Below, piece after piece: positions 53,853 to 64,000 of a stretch of 64,000 bases of DNA; the first letter of the stretch is position 1; every line of letters begins with the position of its first letter. Source of the stretch: Candidatus Marinacidobacterales bacterium (GTDB lineage: Bacteria > Acidobacteriota > Vicinamibacteria > Marinacidobacterales > DATDRI01). The notes beneath the pieces were generated by a model. It worked only from the letters and a program-made list of their open reading frames with translations, searched no databases and was not told the DNA's origin. Made by a program: the position numbers and the translations under genes. The stretch lies in assembly GCA_965219415.1 (NCBI GenBank), contig CBDCNP010000002.1, positions 4,192,001 to 4,256,000 of the forward strand, written 5' to 3'.

Positions 53853-55252
53853 GGTCAAGTCTTAATTTTCCTGTCAAATCTCCGTACGGTTCCCCGCGCT
53901 CGGTTAAGCTGCTGATTCCTCCGACGTGCCTTGCGGGAGAAGCTCGTTGCGAAGCTCCTCGACTTTCCTAGCGGCGAAGACATCCATCCTCACGCCGCGC
54001 CATTTGTTTGCGGCGGCCAAGAGCACAGCGAACGAGAGTTTCATCGCGGCCTCCTCGGTGAAGAAGTGAGGAATGACCTTTGTGCGACGTTTGTGCTCTC
54101 CGAACGTGCGCTCAAGTAGATTCGACGTGCGAAGCCTTTTGTGATGCGCCGCAGGAAGGCGTAGCGCCTGAAGACATGCTTCGAGGGTCTCTTCCATGCA
54201 CTTCATCGCGCTCGGGAATCGTTGACGGTACCGAGCGATCACCTCCCGACCCTTCTTCAGCCCTTGCTCGTAGCTGTTCGCATGGAACGACTCAAGGATG
54301 GCCGCCTTGAGTTCGTCGCGCACTTCCTTCGGAGCCTTGCCCAGGATGTTCTCGAGGCGGTGCTTCTGGCAACGTTGCTTGAGGCTTCGAGGGAAGACCT
54401 CTGCGATCGCTTTGAGCACTCCAGGATTCCCGTCCGTCACGATGAGCAACGGCTCCCTCATTCCTCGGGCCACTATCTCCTGCAAGAACCCCTTCCAGTT
54501 CTCGTAGGATTCTCGGTTGCCGACACCGATATGAAGAAGAACTCGCGTCCCATCAGCGCGATAGCCGGTCGCAACGAGGATGGGCTCTTTCCTCTCCGCT
54601 CCTTGGTGGTAGCGCAGGTACGTGCCGTCGAGCTCGAGATACAACAGCTTCTCGTTCGAGAGATCCCGTTTTCGAAACGCCTCGAAATCCTCCGACAGAC
54701 ACCGTGTGACCCGGCTCACCACCGACTTCGAGACACCCGTGCCGCTCAGCACGTCCGCGAACGTCGCCTCAATGTCACGCGTCGACATCCCGTGGACGTA
54801 CATCCGCGCGATCAGTTCATCGAGTTTCTCGGTCCGGCTCACGTAGGCGTCGAGAATCTTTGACTGAAACACCTTCTCTGTTTCTCGTACCCGCGGCACT
54901 TGCACCGTCACCGCTCCCTCGCCCGTGAGGACCCGATGCGACTCATACCCGTTGCGTCGTCCCTTCTCCTTCGTCGTTGCCGGAGCGTTCTCATAGTAGT
55001 TTCGACCCAACGCCTCCGTCACCTCGCGCTCCAACGCATATTGAAGCATCATCTGAGCTCCCGACCGGACGATCTCCGAGAGATTCATCTCCCCAAATAC
55101 CAGTTGTTCCTCGAACTGCTTGAGCAATCGCTGACTCGGTAGTACCTTTCCCATGATGTATGGTTCTCCTTTTCTGTCCCCATGACGGGGACGGGTTTGA
55201 GCTTGGGGAACCATACATCGTTTTTCTTTGACAGGAATCTTAAGACATCACC
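53853..55252 (-). mobile_element. IS256-family element, second copy
   Basis: Same IRs and identical protein; 9-bp TSD CATTCTAGG. Confidence 0.95.
53904..55154 (-). CDS. IS256 transposase
   Basis: Identical translation to 40123-41373. Confidence 0.93.
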   Translation of the reverse strand: MGKVLPSQRLLKQFEEQLVFGEMNLSEIVRSGAQMMLQYALEREVTEALGRNYYENAPATTKEKGRRNGYESHRVLTGEGAVTVQVPRVRETEKVFQSKILDAYVSRTEKLDELIARMYVHGMSTRDIEATFADVLSGTGVSKSVVSRVTRCLSEDFEAFRKRDLSNEKLLYLELDGTYLRYHQGAERKEPILVATGYRADGTRVLLHIGVGNRESYENWKGFLQEIVARGMREPLLIVTDGNPGVLKAIAEVFPRSLKQRCQKHRLENILGKAPKEVRDELKAAILESFHANSYEQGLKKGREVIARYRQRFPSAMKCMEETLEACLQALRLPAAHHKRLRTSNLLERTFGEHKRRTKVIPHFFTEEAAMKLSFAVLLAAANKWRGVRMDVFAARKVEELRNELLPQGTSEESAA

Positions 55253-55400
55253 CATTCTAGGAACGGCATCACCTCTTTTTCGGGATAATCGCTTATCAGC
55301 ACGGCAGCGTCGTAGGAGCGCGTGCTGAGCGCTTGGGCGATCGGCCCTTTACCGACAAGCGGCTCTTCCTGGGGCGCTCGAAGATCAGTTTGGCCGACCC

Positions 55401-55547
55401 CGTCCTGTGCCAAAACTCGGCCCTCTTGAAATAGACCACAAATCAGCAGCTTAGACGCCCTTGGAATCCGCGCAGAATCCAGGGTATTTCGCGCCGCAGG
55501 GCTGACTTCCGACCCATGGGCTGGCGGATGAATAAATAGAAGGCACA
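55401..55547 (-). repeat. MITE-B copy
   Basis: 147-bp match. Confidence 0.9.
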
Positions 55548-55608
55548 GTTGACTGGTTGTACGCCTGGGGGTAATCTCAGTTCATAAGAGAGACAGGGTG
55601 ACCGGAAG

Positions 55609-56385
55609 GTGACTGGAGATGACGCCCCCACCAATAACGCCCCCACCAATACTGCCCTACGACTTGAACTAGACGGGCAAGTCACACTACAGCGTCTCGT
55701 TGACGCGGCCAAAGCGTGGACAGGCTTCCTGCGCGAGGTCGGGCGTGATGTTGTCGGTGCTACCGCGCGAGATGCTGTGCGCTACGTGGTTACTGAAGCG
55801 AAAGGCGGCAGTTTAACGCTTGGTGTTCGTCCACAACCTTGCAATGAGAACGTGTCAGCGGAAGCAATGCTACGCATTGCCACTGTGGTAACGTCTGGGA
55901 TTAGATTGCTAGAGCAGTCGGCGGAGCGTCCCGAAAACTTTACCGAGTCCGCCTTGCAAAGGCTACGCGAGCTCGCACTGCTCGCCGATCCTGAAACTCC
56001 TGAGGTCAGAGTCGGCAACAGCGCAGGGAACAGCGTTCCTCTTTCCAGGCGGCTTGTTCAACACGTCGAGAAAGTGTTAGCTCCGGAATTTACGAGCATC
56101 GGAACGGTTGAAGGTAGACTTAAAGGGCTCATTATTCACGGCAAGTCTCGATTCATAATAGTTGATCCTCTGACTGAGAGACAGATTAGTTGCTACTTCA
56201 CCAAACGTGTTGAATGGAAACTTGCGTTGAAACTTTTCGGAACACGTGTTGCTGCTACTGGACACATACGATCGCGCGTATCTGGAGAGAAGATGAGTAT
56301 CCAAGTGACCCATCTCCAGCCGCTATTACAGCCAGAAGAAAAATTGCCTAGCGCCAACGATGTGCTTGGGATTCTCGGAACCTAA
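55609..56385 (+). CDS. Hypothetical protein, partner of the PIN gene
   Basis: 258-aa lower-GC ORF ending 6 bp before the PIN gene; SIGTVEGRL C-terminal region. Confidence 0.7.
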   Translation: MTGDDAPTNNAPTNTALRLELDGQVTLQRLVDAAKAWTGFLREVGRDVVGATARDAVRYVVTEAKGGSLTLGVRPQPCNENVSAEAMLRIATVVTSGIRLLEQSAERPENFTESALQRLRELALLADPETPEVRVGNSAGNSVPLSRRLVQHVEKVLAPEFTSIGTVEGRLKGLIIHGKSRFIIVDPLTERQISCYFTKRVEWKLALKLFGTRVAATGHIRSRVSGEKMSIQVTHLQPLLQPEEKLPSANDVLGILGT

Positions 56386-56391
56386 GCCTAG

Positions 56392-56880
56392 ATGGACTAC
56401 CGGTATTGGGATTCGGTTGTGTTTCTCGGATGGCTGAAAAAAGAACCGGATAAGGTTCCCTATTGTAAGCCAGTGCTTGACGCTGCTGAGCGCGGCGATG
56501 TCACAGTGATCACATCAGCACTCACAATCGCAGAGGTTTTATGGTTGAAGGGAAATCCCAAGATTGATGTGCAGGCACGTCAGATTGAGACATTCTTTCG
56601 TAATGACTGGATCGTAATCCGAGAGGTGGACCGCTTCCTTGCGGAGAGAGCGAGGGACTTGGTGTGGTCGATGGATGTGAAACCGAAAGATGCGATCCAC
56701 GTGGCCACAGCGGTGAACCAAGACGTCCGAATTGATCAACTTGACACGTTTGATGAGGGAATGATTAAACTCTCTGGATCGGTTGGGAACCCTCCTCTGG
56801 CCATCGGTTGGCCAAACTTACCTCAAAGGCTCCCATTTGAGGCAAAAGATGAAGACCCGTCAGACACAAGTGGAAATTGA
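56392..56880 (+). CDS. PIN-domain (VapC-like) protein
   Basis: WDSVVF, TSALTIAEV, KDAIHVATA, TFD. Confidence 0.85.
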   Translation: MDYRYWDSVVFLGWLKKEPDKVPYCKPVLDAAERGDVTVITSALTIAEVLWLKGNPKIDVQARQIETFFRNDWIVIREVDRFLAERARDLVWSMDVKPKDAIHVATAVNQDVRIDQLDTFDEGMIKLSGSVGNPPLAIGWPNLPQRLPFEAKDEDPSDTSGN

Positions 56881-56889
56881 AGCTGACGA

Positions 56890-57285
56890 GCAAAAGAGCC
56901 CGCGATTCATCGCGGGTTGCATCGCTTGTCGGACAGATCGACAGTCCCATCTCATCGGCCAGAGCTGACACCGCATACGACGCCGGCGGCGTCTATGAGG
57001 CAATCGAGAATCACAGCGCTCATCGCTCGCCGAGGGTGCTGATACCGCCGCGCAAGGGCGCCCTGCTCGCATCGGGGCCGGCGAGCAGCCGACAGCGCAA
57101 TCGCAACATTGCAGCACAAGCTCGGCTCGGCAAACGAAAGTGGCACACAGAATCGGGCTACAGCAAACGGAGCAAAGTCGAGACAACGTTCCATCGCTAC
57201 AAGGCTATCGTGGGCTCAGCGATGCGAGCGAGAGGGTTGGCGGCACAGAGAGGTGAGGCAAGGATCGGGTGCAAGATTCTCAACA
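56890..57285 (+). pseudogene. IS5-family (IS903-like) transposase fragment
   Basis: ADTAYD, LIPPRKGA, GYSKRSKVETTFHRYK. Confidence 0.8.
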
Positions 57286-58448
57286 CGTCTGGTCAAAATA
57301 CTCGAACGCCCAGCGGGTCAGCAGTTTGTACCTTTCCAAAGGCTGCTTGAATCCCGTCCTGTGCCAAAACTCGGCCCTTTAGAAATGGACCACAAATCAG
57401 CAGCTTAGACGCCCTTGGAATCCGCGCAGAATCCAGGGTATTTCGCGCCGCAGGGCTGACTTCCGACCCATGGGCTGGCGGATGAATAAATAGAAGGCAC
57501 AACCGAGTCCGCCGTGGCCGTTTCACCGAACGGTGGAGGACGGCGAGCTGCTGCCGAAGAGCGACATTCTCAAGAGCCAGCTCGCGACGAGCCTTGAAGG
57601 CAGAGATGAGAGCGCGAACAAACGACAAAATCACGCAAGCATGTTGCCGGCAGACCGGAGACTAATCAAGTTCAGTGCCCGCGCATGAATAAATAGAAGG
57701 CACAGGTGGCTGAGAACGGCGAGCCGTCGTGCCAACGTACCGGCGGCCACGGGCTCGGAACTGCCAGTGATGCGCGAAGCGAACAAACTCCGGATTCTCG
57801 ACTAACGGGCCGCCCTCCCACCGCCGGTCCTCGACGATGACCGAACGCATCCTGGTCAAACAGAATCTCCTTGGGTACTCCGTCGAGAAAACGGAACGCC
57901 TCTTCGAGTCCCTTCGAACAGCGTCCGCATGTCAACGTACTGGACCGGATTCCGAAAAGGGACTAGGCGCAGGCCAAGCCGCTGTTGACGGCGATCCCTT
58001 ACGCCACCAGCCTGCAGGAGTGCGAGACGAAGAAGGCCAAGTTCCAGGATTGGTGCTTGCGCAAGGGTCTTCCGGGGGCCGCGCACGTGCTCGACGAGAA
58101 CTGGGAGCGGATGGTGTTAGCGGCGGCTGTAAATTGCACATTTGTGGCGGACGAAAATTGCACACTCGGCACCCCGTCCTGTGCCAAAACTCGGCCCTTT
58201 TGAAAGACCATGGCTGTAATTTAATGCACCGTAAAGTCTTAGTGTCATTTTGCCAACACTTAATGGCGGAAGCACCCATGAGGTCTGTGTGAGCGGCAGG
58301 TGTGCCTTCTATTTATTCATCCGCCAGCCCCATGGGTCGGAAGTCAGCCCTGCGGCGCGAAATACCCTGGATTCTGCGCGGATTCCAAGGGCGTCTAAGC
58401 TGCTGATTTGTGGTCTATTTCTAAAGGGCCGAGTTTTGGCACAGGACG
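57286..58448. mobile_element. Stack of termini and IS fragments
   Basis: In order: J end, MITE-B (57355-57501), F left end with transposase N-terminus, IS21 and IS256 pieces, IS21 end, B-A hybrid, MITE-B (58301-58448). Confidence 0.85.
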
Positions 58449-58567
58449 GGATCGTGAAGGATCTTTTCGGGCACACCTGGTCCATTGCGACGCTCGTCGA
58501 AGACGTACCGCTGGAGGAAATGGACAAGAGGGCCTCCGAATCCGCAAAAAAGCAGGGTAAAGGGTAG
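58449..58567 (+). pseudogene. VOC/glyoxalase (PhnB-like) C-terminal fragment
   Basis: GIVKDLFGHTWSIATLVEDV. Confidence 0.65.
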
Positions 58568-58597
58568 TGTGGGTCGGTCTCTTTGAAGCCGTTCAGT

Positions 58598-60367
58598 CTA
58601 AAGACCGTGGCAGTTGCCGCAAACCGCGACTTTCCGAATCGGTGAGGTGCGATGCCGGTCTTCCCGGTAGGGAAAGAGCTCCCCGTGGCATTGGACGCAC
58701 TCGGCCTTCTGTTCCAAGACCACACCGTGGACCAGCTCGAAGTGGAGATAGCCGGGCCGCTCCGCGGGGACGAGTGCTTCGAGATCATGACACTTAGTGC
58801 ATTGGGCGCTATCCGCGGAGGTGAATTCCATTTCCCGGGGTGTCTCTTGAGGCGGCGCGCTCGGCGCAGCGCGGTGCGACGCTCCAAGCTCGGCCGCCGC
58901 GGTGCGGCCCGCCATCTGACCGATCACAATCGAGGGCCCGAGAAACGTCCCTTCGAGGCCGGCCTTTCCGTTGATGCCGGCGAGCCCCGATGCTTCTCCC
59001 GCGGCGTAGAGGCTGGGTATCACGTGCCCCTCTGTATCTAAAACGCGAGCCGCGGTGTCGACCGCGATACCCCCCATGCTCTTGCGAGCCAGCGGATACA
59101 AATGGATGGCGTAGAACGGCGGCACCTCGAGCGCCTTTAGGTCACGGCATCGCGGATCGTTATCCGGCGCGAGCCGATCGAAATCCTTGTCCTTCTGCTG
59201 CTTCACCATTTGGTTGAAACGGGTTACCGTTCGCCCGAGCGCGTCCTCCGGTAGACCGGTGGCTTTCGCCAACCCTTCGATCGTATCCGCGATCTTGGTG
59301 ATCGCTTCGTCGCGGAAAACCAGTTGGTCGATTCTCTCGCGACTCCAACCCGAGCCGGTGATCATGAAATCCTTCTTGCCCTCTTCGTCGAATACGGCCC
59401 AGTAACTCCCGGTCGGTTGCTCCAGGAGCGCCGGCAGGGTGTACTTGGCAGAAAGGCATTCGTTGACGAAGCGCTCCCCGCTCATATTGACGTAAATTGC
59501 GTCGTAGGCGAGCGCGTTCACACCCCGGATTCCCTCCTCGTAGCGAGGATCAGGGAGCCCCGTCACGTAGTTCCATTGATGATCGAGTCGATGGAACTCG
59601 GCACCGGCTTTTTCGGCCAGCTCCAAACCGTATCCTTGAGAGTTCCATCCTGAACCGGCGAGTATGCGCTCCGGGAAGGGCATGTCCTTGTTCCAAAGCT
59701 CCCTCACTTTCTCCAAATTGCTCTGAAACCCTCCGGTGGCGATGACGACCCCGTTGGCGCGGAGCTCGATGCTTTCACCGCTTCGAGCGTTCGTGCCCCG
59801 GACGCCCACCACGTTTCCCCCTTCGATGATGAGATCATCGACGCGCGTGTTCCATCGGAAGCCCACGTCCCCCGATTTCAAGGTGGCGAGATAGATTGGC
59901 TTGACCAGTCCCAGTCCGCGGCCCTCGATATTGTGAAACCGCATGACGCTGTTGCCCGGATGGAACATCAGATCTTCGAACCGGACTCCCAACTCTTGAA
60001 GCCAGTCGTAGATTTCTTCCCGCGAGTGCTCGACGTAGTAGCGGACCCAATCCGGGTCGGGATCCTCTCCCCAATTCAAGAAATCGGAGTAGGCGAGCTC
60101 GACGCTGTCTTCGATCCCGGCGGCCTCTTGAATGGGCGTCCCCACGATCGCGAGTCCCCCGTGCGCCATAACCGCATGTCCCCCGAAAACGGAGCCCATG
60201 TCGATCACTTCGACCCGGGCGCCACCGCGCTCGGCCTCTAGAGCGGCCGAGAGCCCCGAGATTCCAGCCCCCACCACGATGACGTCCGGCTGGGTCTCAG
60301 GTTGACAGGCCGACGAGGTGGTGAGAGCCAAGACAACGGCGAGTACGGACTTCCTAGGCGAGCTCAT
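58598..60367 (-). CDS. FAD-dependent oxidoreductase (flavocytochrome c/fumarate-reductase family) with C-terminal triheme cytochrome c
   Basis: VVGAGISG, IATGGF, MGGI, LYAAGE; CTKCH, CVQCH, CGNCH. Confidence 0.85.
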   Translation of the reverse strand: MSSPRKSVLAVVLALTTSSACQPETQPDVIVVGAGISGLSAALEAERGGARVEVIDMGSVFGGHAVMAHGGLAIVGTPIQEAAGIEDSVELAYSDFLNWGEDPDPDWVRYYVEHSREEIYDWLQELGVRFEDLMFHPGNSVMRFHNIEGRGLGLVKPIYLATLKSGDVGFRWNTRVDDLIIEGGNVVGVRGTNARSGESIELRANGVVIATGGFQSNLEKVRELWNKDMPFPERILAGSGWNSQGYGLELAEKAGAEFHRLDHQWNYVTGLPDPRYEEGIRGVNALAYDAIYVNMSGERFVNECLSAKYTLPALLEQPTGSYWAVFDEEGKKDFMITGSGWSRERIDQLVFRDEAITKIADTIEGLAKATGLPEDALGRTVTRFNQMVKQQKDKDFDRLAPDNDPRCRDLKALEVPPFYAIHLYPLARKSMGGIAVDTAARVLDTEGHVIPSLYAAGEASGLAGINGKAGLEGTFLGPSIVIGQMAGRTAAAELGASHRAAPSAPPQETPREMEFTSADSAQCTKCHDLEALVPAERPGYLHFELVHGVVLEQKAECVQCHGELFPYREDRHRTSPIRKVAVCGNCHGL

Positions 60368-60440
60368 ATTCGACTTTCCCCGGAATCAGGCGGTTTGCGC
60401 GGCCTAATCTTATCCTGTGCCTTCTATTTATTCATCCGCG

Positions 60441-60606
60441 GGTGCTTGCGCTGTTTGCTGTTGGTGATGTGTACGCATCCCTTTGCAAAAAAGGCGCTTA
60501 CGCTCCATTTAGCGCGCAGCGAAGGTCACGAGCGCTATTTTGGCTGTAATTTAATGCAGCGTAAAGTCTTAGCGTCATCTCACCAACACTTAATAGCGGA
60601 AGCACC
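60441..60606 (+). repeat. MITE-A copy between an F-end fragment and an E-end fragment
   Basis: 166-bp match. Confidence 0.9.
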
Positions 60607-60703
60607 CCGTCTTCGGCCCGGAATTCAAGCGGAGCGTAAGTCCTTGATTTCGTGGGCGGAGCAGTTTTGACGATGCACAGGCGAGGCGTTTCGGGCACGC
60701 ATC

Positions 60704-61023
60704 ATGAAAATCACGCCGACATCGCTGACTATCTCCCAACTCCTGGGATCCGATAACGAGCAGTACGTGATTCCGGCTTACCAGCGACGGTATTCGTGGA
60801 AGCAGCATCAGGTCCAGGACGTGTGGGACGACTTGACGATCCTCGAAGCCGCAGACTCGCATCTGTTAGGCACGATCGTCTGCCTCGCCGGGCACCACAC
60901 CGCCGGGGTCAACCAACTGGAGTTGGTAGACGGTCAGCAGCGGCTCACGACGATCAGCATCCTGCTGCACTGCCTCCTCGATCGCCTGAAGTCAGAGACC
61001 CAGGTCGACGACGCGCGAGACCT
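60704..61023 (+). pseudogene. DUF262 (GmrSD-like) 5' fragment
   Basis: IPAYQRRYSW, VDGQQRLTT. Confidence 0.85.
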
Positions 61024-61171
61024 CGTCCTGTGCCAAAACTCGGCCCTTTAGAAATAGACCACAAATCAGCAGCTTAGACGCCCTTGGAATCCGCGCAGAA
61101 TCCAGGGTATTTCGCGCCGCAGGGCTGACTTCCGACCCATGGGGCTGGCGGATGAATAAATAGAAGGCACA
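61024..61171 (-). repeat. MITE-B copy, followed by a C terminus ending 61247
   Basis: 148-bp match. Confidence 0.9.
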
Positions 61172-61399
61172 ACCAAGCCTAGACACCTCTAATCCGAAAC
61201 GTCCCGGCGCGTGGGTCTTGAGTTCGTTTGTGTTTTTGGACACGACGGGCATGGACTCTGCTGCGTTGCTGGAGACGACATCGATCGAACGGTGGAGGAG
61301 TTGCGCCGTCGGTATGAGCAAAACCACGACGATTGCAGCGTTATTGTCGTCCGATGAAACCGGTCCCTGCCGACTGGCCCGCTCGCACCAAGCGTGAGC

Positions 61400-62119
61400 C
61401 TAGCGCCTAGTAAAGGTGAAGGTCCCCACCAGAGCGACTTGGCCGCCAACCGCAAGCGGACGTCCGTCGATTCGCTGGATCGACTCGCGAGGTGAGGTGG
61501 GATCGTCGGCGGAGTTGTAAGTCGTTCCGCTGTCCGTGCCTGCGTCGTAAGCAAAGAGCTCCACTGTTAGTTCCTCGACCCATTGGCCTCCTTCGAGAAG
61601 GCTCAAGGCCGAAACCCCGGTGAACCAATCGGGGCTCGGTGCCACCATCGAGACCAACGTCACCAGAGGGTAATCGCGCCGGATCGCGAAATCGAGAGAC
61701 ACGCTTGAAGGCGATCGAGGAATGCCATCACCTGAAAGAAGCCTGTCCGCCGTTCCCTCGTCGCGAGCCGCTCGAATCTCTTCGTTGAGAGGGGTTTTAA
61801 GACCCCTTTCGGCCATGGTTTTGATCCCATCCGAAGCCTTCCTTCCGGGCATCCAGAAGCGAATGTCGTCGTTGTGCGTGCCACCGATCAATCCGGAGAA
61901 GTGTGGGTTGGGAGGAAAGTCTTCGGGATGGGTCGATTTACTCCAGGAAGCATCGAAAGTGACGGTGTACTCGGCTCTCGCCTCGGGTTCGGCAGTCTCG
62001 GCCGGTGGAGATGACTCGGGTTCCGTGGTCGAGGATGGGGACATGGAGGAACTGCAACCCACGACCCCGACCGCGGTGATAGCAAGCGTCAACCATTGAA
62101 AAGACTGCAGCATACTCAT
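61400..62119 (-). CDS. Spondin_N-domain lipoprotein
   Basis: VVGC lipobox; PHFSGLIGGTH, SMVAPSPDWF, YDAGTDSG. Confidence 0.88.
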   Translation of the reverse strand: MSMLQSFQWLTLAITAVGVVGCSSSMSPSSTTEPESSPPAETAEPEARAEYTVTFDASWSKSTHPEDFPPNPHFSGLIGGTHNDDIRFWMPGRKASDGIKTMAERGLKTPLNEEIRAARDEGTADRLLSGDGIPRSPSSVSLDFAIRRDYPLVTLVSMVAPSPDWFTGVSALSLLEGGQWVEELTVELFAYDAGTDSGTTYNSADDPTSPRESIQRIDGRPLAVGGQVALVGTFTFTRR

Positions 62120-62369
62120 GAGGAAATTGTGTCGGGTCGATGGCCTTGGGTTGATTCATGATAGCGCAAACCGGCCTCCTTGCGGAGCTGGTAGCTGCGG
62201 AGGCGCTGCGCCACCTACCGGCTGTGATCCGCAAAAAAGAAGATCGACAAGAAGCAGCCGATCATAGCAGGTCTAAGACGCGCAATCAACGCTGGATAGA
62301 CTTTCTGCGGAGCACAAGGGTCGAGTTTTGGCACAGGACGCGGTCTACCGTTCCGCCGCGGGCACCTCC

Positions 62370-62516
62370 CGTCCTGTGCCAAAACTCGGCCCTTTAGAAA
62401 TAGACCACAAATCAGCAGCTTAGACGCCCTTGGAATCCGCGCAGAATCCAGGGTATTTCGCGCCGCAGGGCTGACTTCCGACCCATGGGCTGGCGAATGA
62501 ATAAATAGAAGGCACA
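62370..62516 (-). repeat. MITE-B copy
   Basis: 147-bp match. Confidence 0.9.
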
Positions 62517-62579
62517 CCTCTACACCCACATCGAGCCGCTTTTGGCCGGTGATGTTCCATTCTTGTGAATAGCCACGAA

Positions 62580-63014
62580 CTAGGTCAGCATCTCCTCGTC
62601 GCTGTAATCCCAGGTGCGAAGTGTTCCCGGCTCGAGACGGATCATCGCAAAGTCGATTTCCTTCATACCATCGGCATAATCGTTTCCTCGAGCCTCACCG
62701 AGATAGCGGATGGCAAGGCGTCGTAGGATGTCGAGGTCGTCAGTCGGGTGCGAAACCTTAGCCTCTCCTCGTATTTCAATGCCCCGATACGGCGGCTGGC
62801 TGTCGGCTACTACGACGGATGCCATGGGGTTATGGTCGAGGTGCCTGGTCTTCACATCCTTTGCGAAGGTCATCACCGTGAACCCGCCGTCCCTGAACTC
62901 GTGCCAGACCGGCGACAACAACGAGTGGCCGTTTTGCATGTGGGTCGCGAGAATCGCCACGGTCGAGCCGGTAAGCAGGTCGCCTAGCTCTTCGGGTTTG
63001 AGGTTCTTGCGCAT
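62580..63014 (-). CDS. Pyridoxamine 5'-phosphate oxidase-like (PPOX class) protein
   Basis: AILAT...SPVW...KTRHL..NP..SVVV...IEIRG; AGGAGG RBS. Confidence 0.8.
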   Translation of the reverse strand: MRKNLKPEELGDLLTGSTVAILATHMQNGHSLLSPVWHEFRDGGFTVMTFAKDVKTRHLDHNPMASVVVADSQPPYRGIEIRGEAKVSHPTDDLDILRRLAIRYLGEARGNDYADGMKEIDFAMIRLEPGTLRTWDYSDEEMLT

Positions 63015-63547
63015 GTCGCACCTCCTGGAAAAAGATAATCTACTCTGTCCTGTGCCAAAACTCGGCTCTTTTGAAATAGACCATAAATCAGCAGCTTAGT
63101 GTTTGTGTTTGCGACCGGGCCAAGGCGGCCCAAGGGTCTTGAGTTCGTTTGTATTCTTGGACACGACGGCCACGTCAGGAACAATTCGGGCTTCATCCGA
63201 GAGCCGTGGCCGTTTCACGGAACGGCGGAGGACGACGAGCTGCTGCCGAAGAGCGACATTCTCAGGAGCCAGCTCGCGACGAGCCTTGAAGCCGGAGATG
63301 AGAGCGGGAACCAACGACGAAATCATGCCGGCATGGTGCTGGCAGACCGGAGATTATTCAAGTTTGGTGCGTGCGGATAAATAAATAGAAGGCACAGGCG
63401 CTTACGCTCCATTTAGCGCGCAGCGAAAGTCGTGAGCGCTATTTGGGCTGTAATTTAATGCACCGTAAAGTCTAGCGTCATCTCACCAACACTTAATGGC
63501 GAAAGCACCGTTCGACGAGTTTCGTCCGTTCTTCGAGAACTATCGGG

Positions 63548-63801
63548 CTATTTCTTGCTCGTCACGCTCGTGATCTTATTCTTCATCGTCTGGCTTCGGT
63601 CGGCACGCGTTCCAAGCTTGATATTCGTATGGATGCGCGGTGCGCCCATTTCGTGGACGACTTCGTGACATCGCTTCACCACGCAAAATACTTCGTCCCA
63701 ATCCCCTTCGATGTTGGTGCCGTTTGCGTGCAGCTCGGGCGATAGCCCCGCGGCTTCTATGACGCGCTCGCAAGCGGCAACGTACTTCGACAGGGAGACC
63801 C
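63548..63801 (-). pseudogene. MTH1187/YkoF thiamine-binding protein, 5' end replaced by a B terminus
   Basis: SLSKYVA...LHANGTNIEG...GAPRIHTNIKLGTR. Confidence 0.8.
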
Positions 63802-64000
63802 CGTCCTGTGCCAAAACTCGGCCCTTTTGAAATAGCCGATAAATCAACAGCTTAGCGTCTGTGTTTGCGACTGGGCCAAGGGCTGTAGGCTCTACAATCG
63901 TCTTGGGCGGACGGGTCGTCACCATGCAGACGACCACCGAGTCGAGAGCGAATATCGAAGCATGTTCCTGAAGCTGTTTCCACGCTACGCCGACCGAGCC
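63802..64000 (-). mobile_element. Right end of another type-B rve element, continuing past the window
   Basis: Matches 5173-5206 plus 6468-6632 without the IS3 insertion. Confidence 0.85.

Larger units (their letters stand above)
53212..55400 (-). pseudogene. Sigma-54-dependent regulator (RtcR-like N-terminus), cut at both ends and split by IS256
   Basis: [30 protein letters not shown]; continues across the IS as VGQTDLRAP. Confidence 0.8.

Overview
GC-rich bacterial DNA. The gene repertoire (PD40 kinase, VPS10/BNR hydrolase, D-aminoacylases, HNH) suggests Acidobacteriota/Vicinamibacteria, which is an inference only. The window is a mosaic rather than a normal operon landscape. About 20 short segments carry intact metabolic or envelope genes, often trimmed to within 10-60 bp of start or stop, alongside many gene fragments (defence genes, other IS). 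The segments are joined by stacks of transposon termini. Most termini belong to one rve (DDE) transposase superfamily with ends of the form YGTS-N6-A/T-rich. Three intact transposase genes of this family are present, one inside an element with ~100-bp TIRs carrying IHF consensus sites. A second set of termini is IS1-like (GGTGCTT). The termini form at least six multicopy mini-elements of 42-177 bp, several of them hybrids of two different end types. None shows a target-site duplication: each joins unrelated sequences, whereas ordinary IS256 and IS3 insertions in the same window do have TSDs. Two RNA-guided parasites sit exactly in these termini with matching guide sequences: a group II intron (EBS1/EBS2 match) and an IS1111-type element (seek/bridge-RNA-like matches). 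My main hypothesis is an integron-like gene capture/shuffling system built from transposon ends. The alternatives are runaway IS-driven rearrangement or an assembly chimera.
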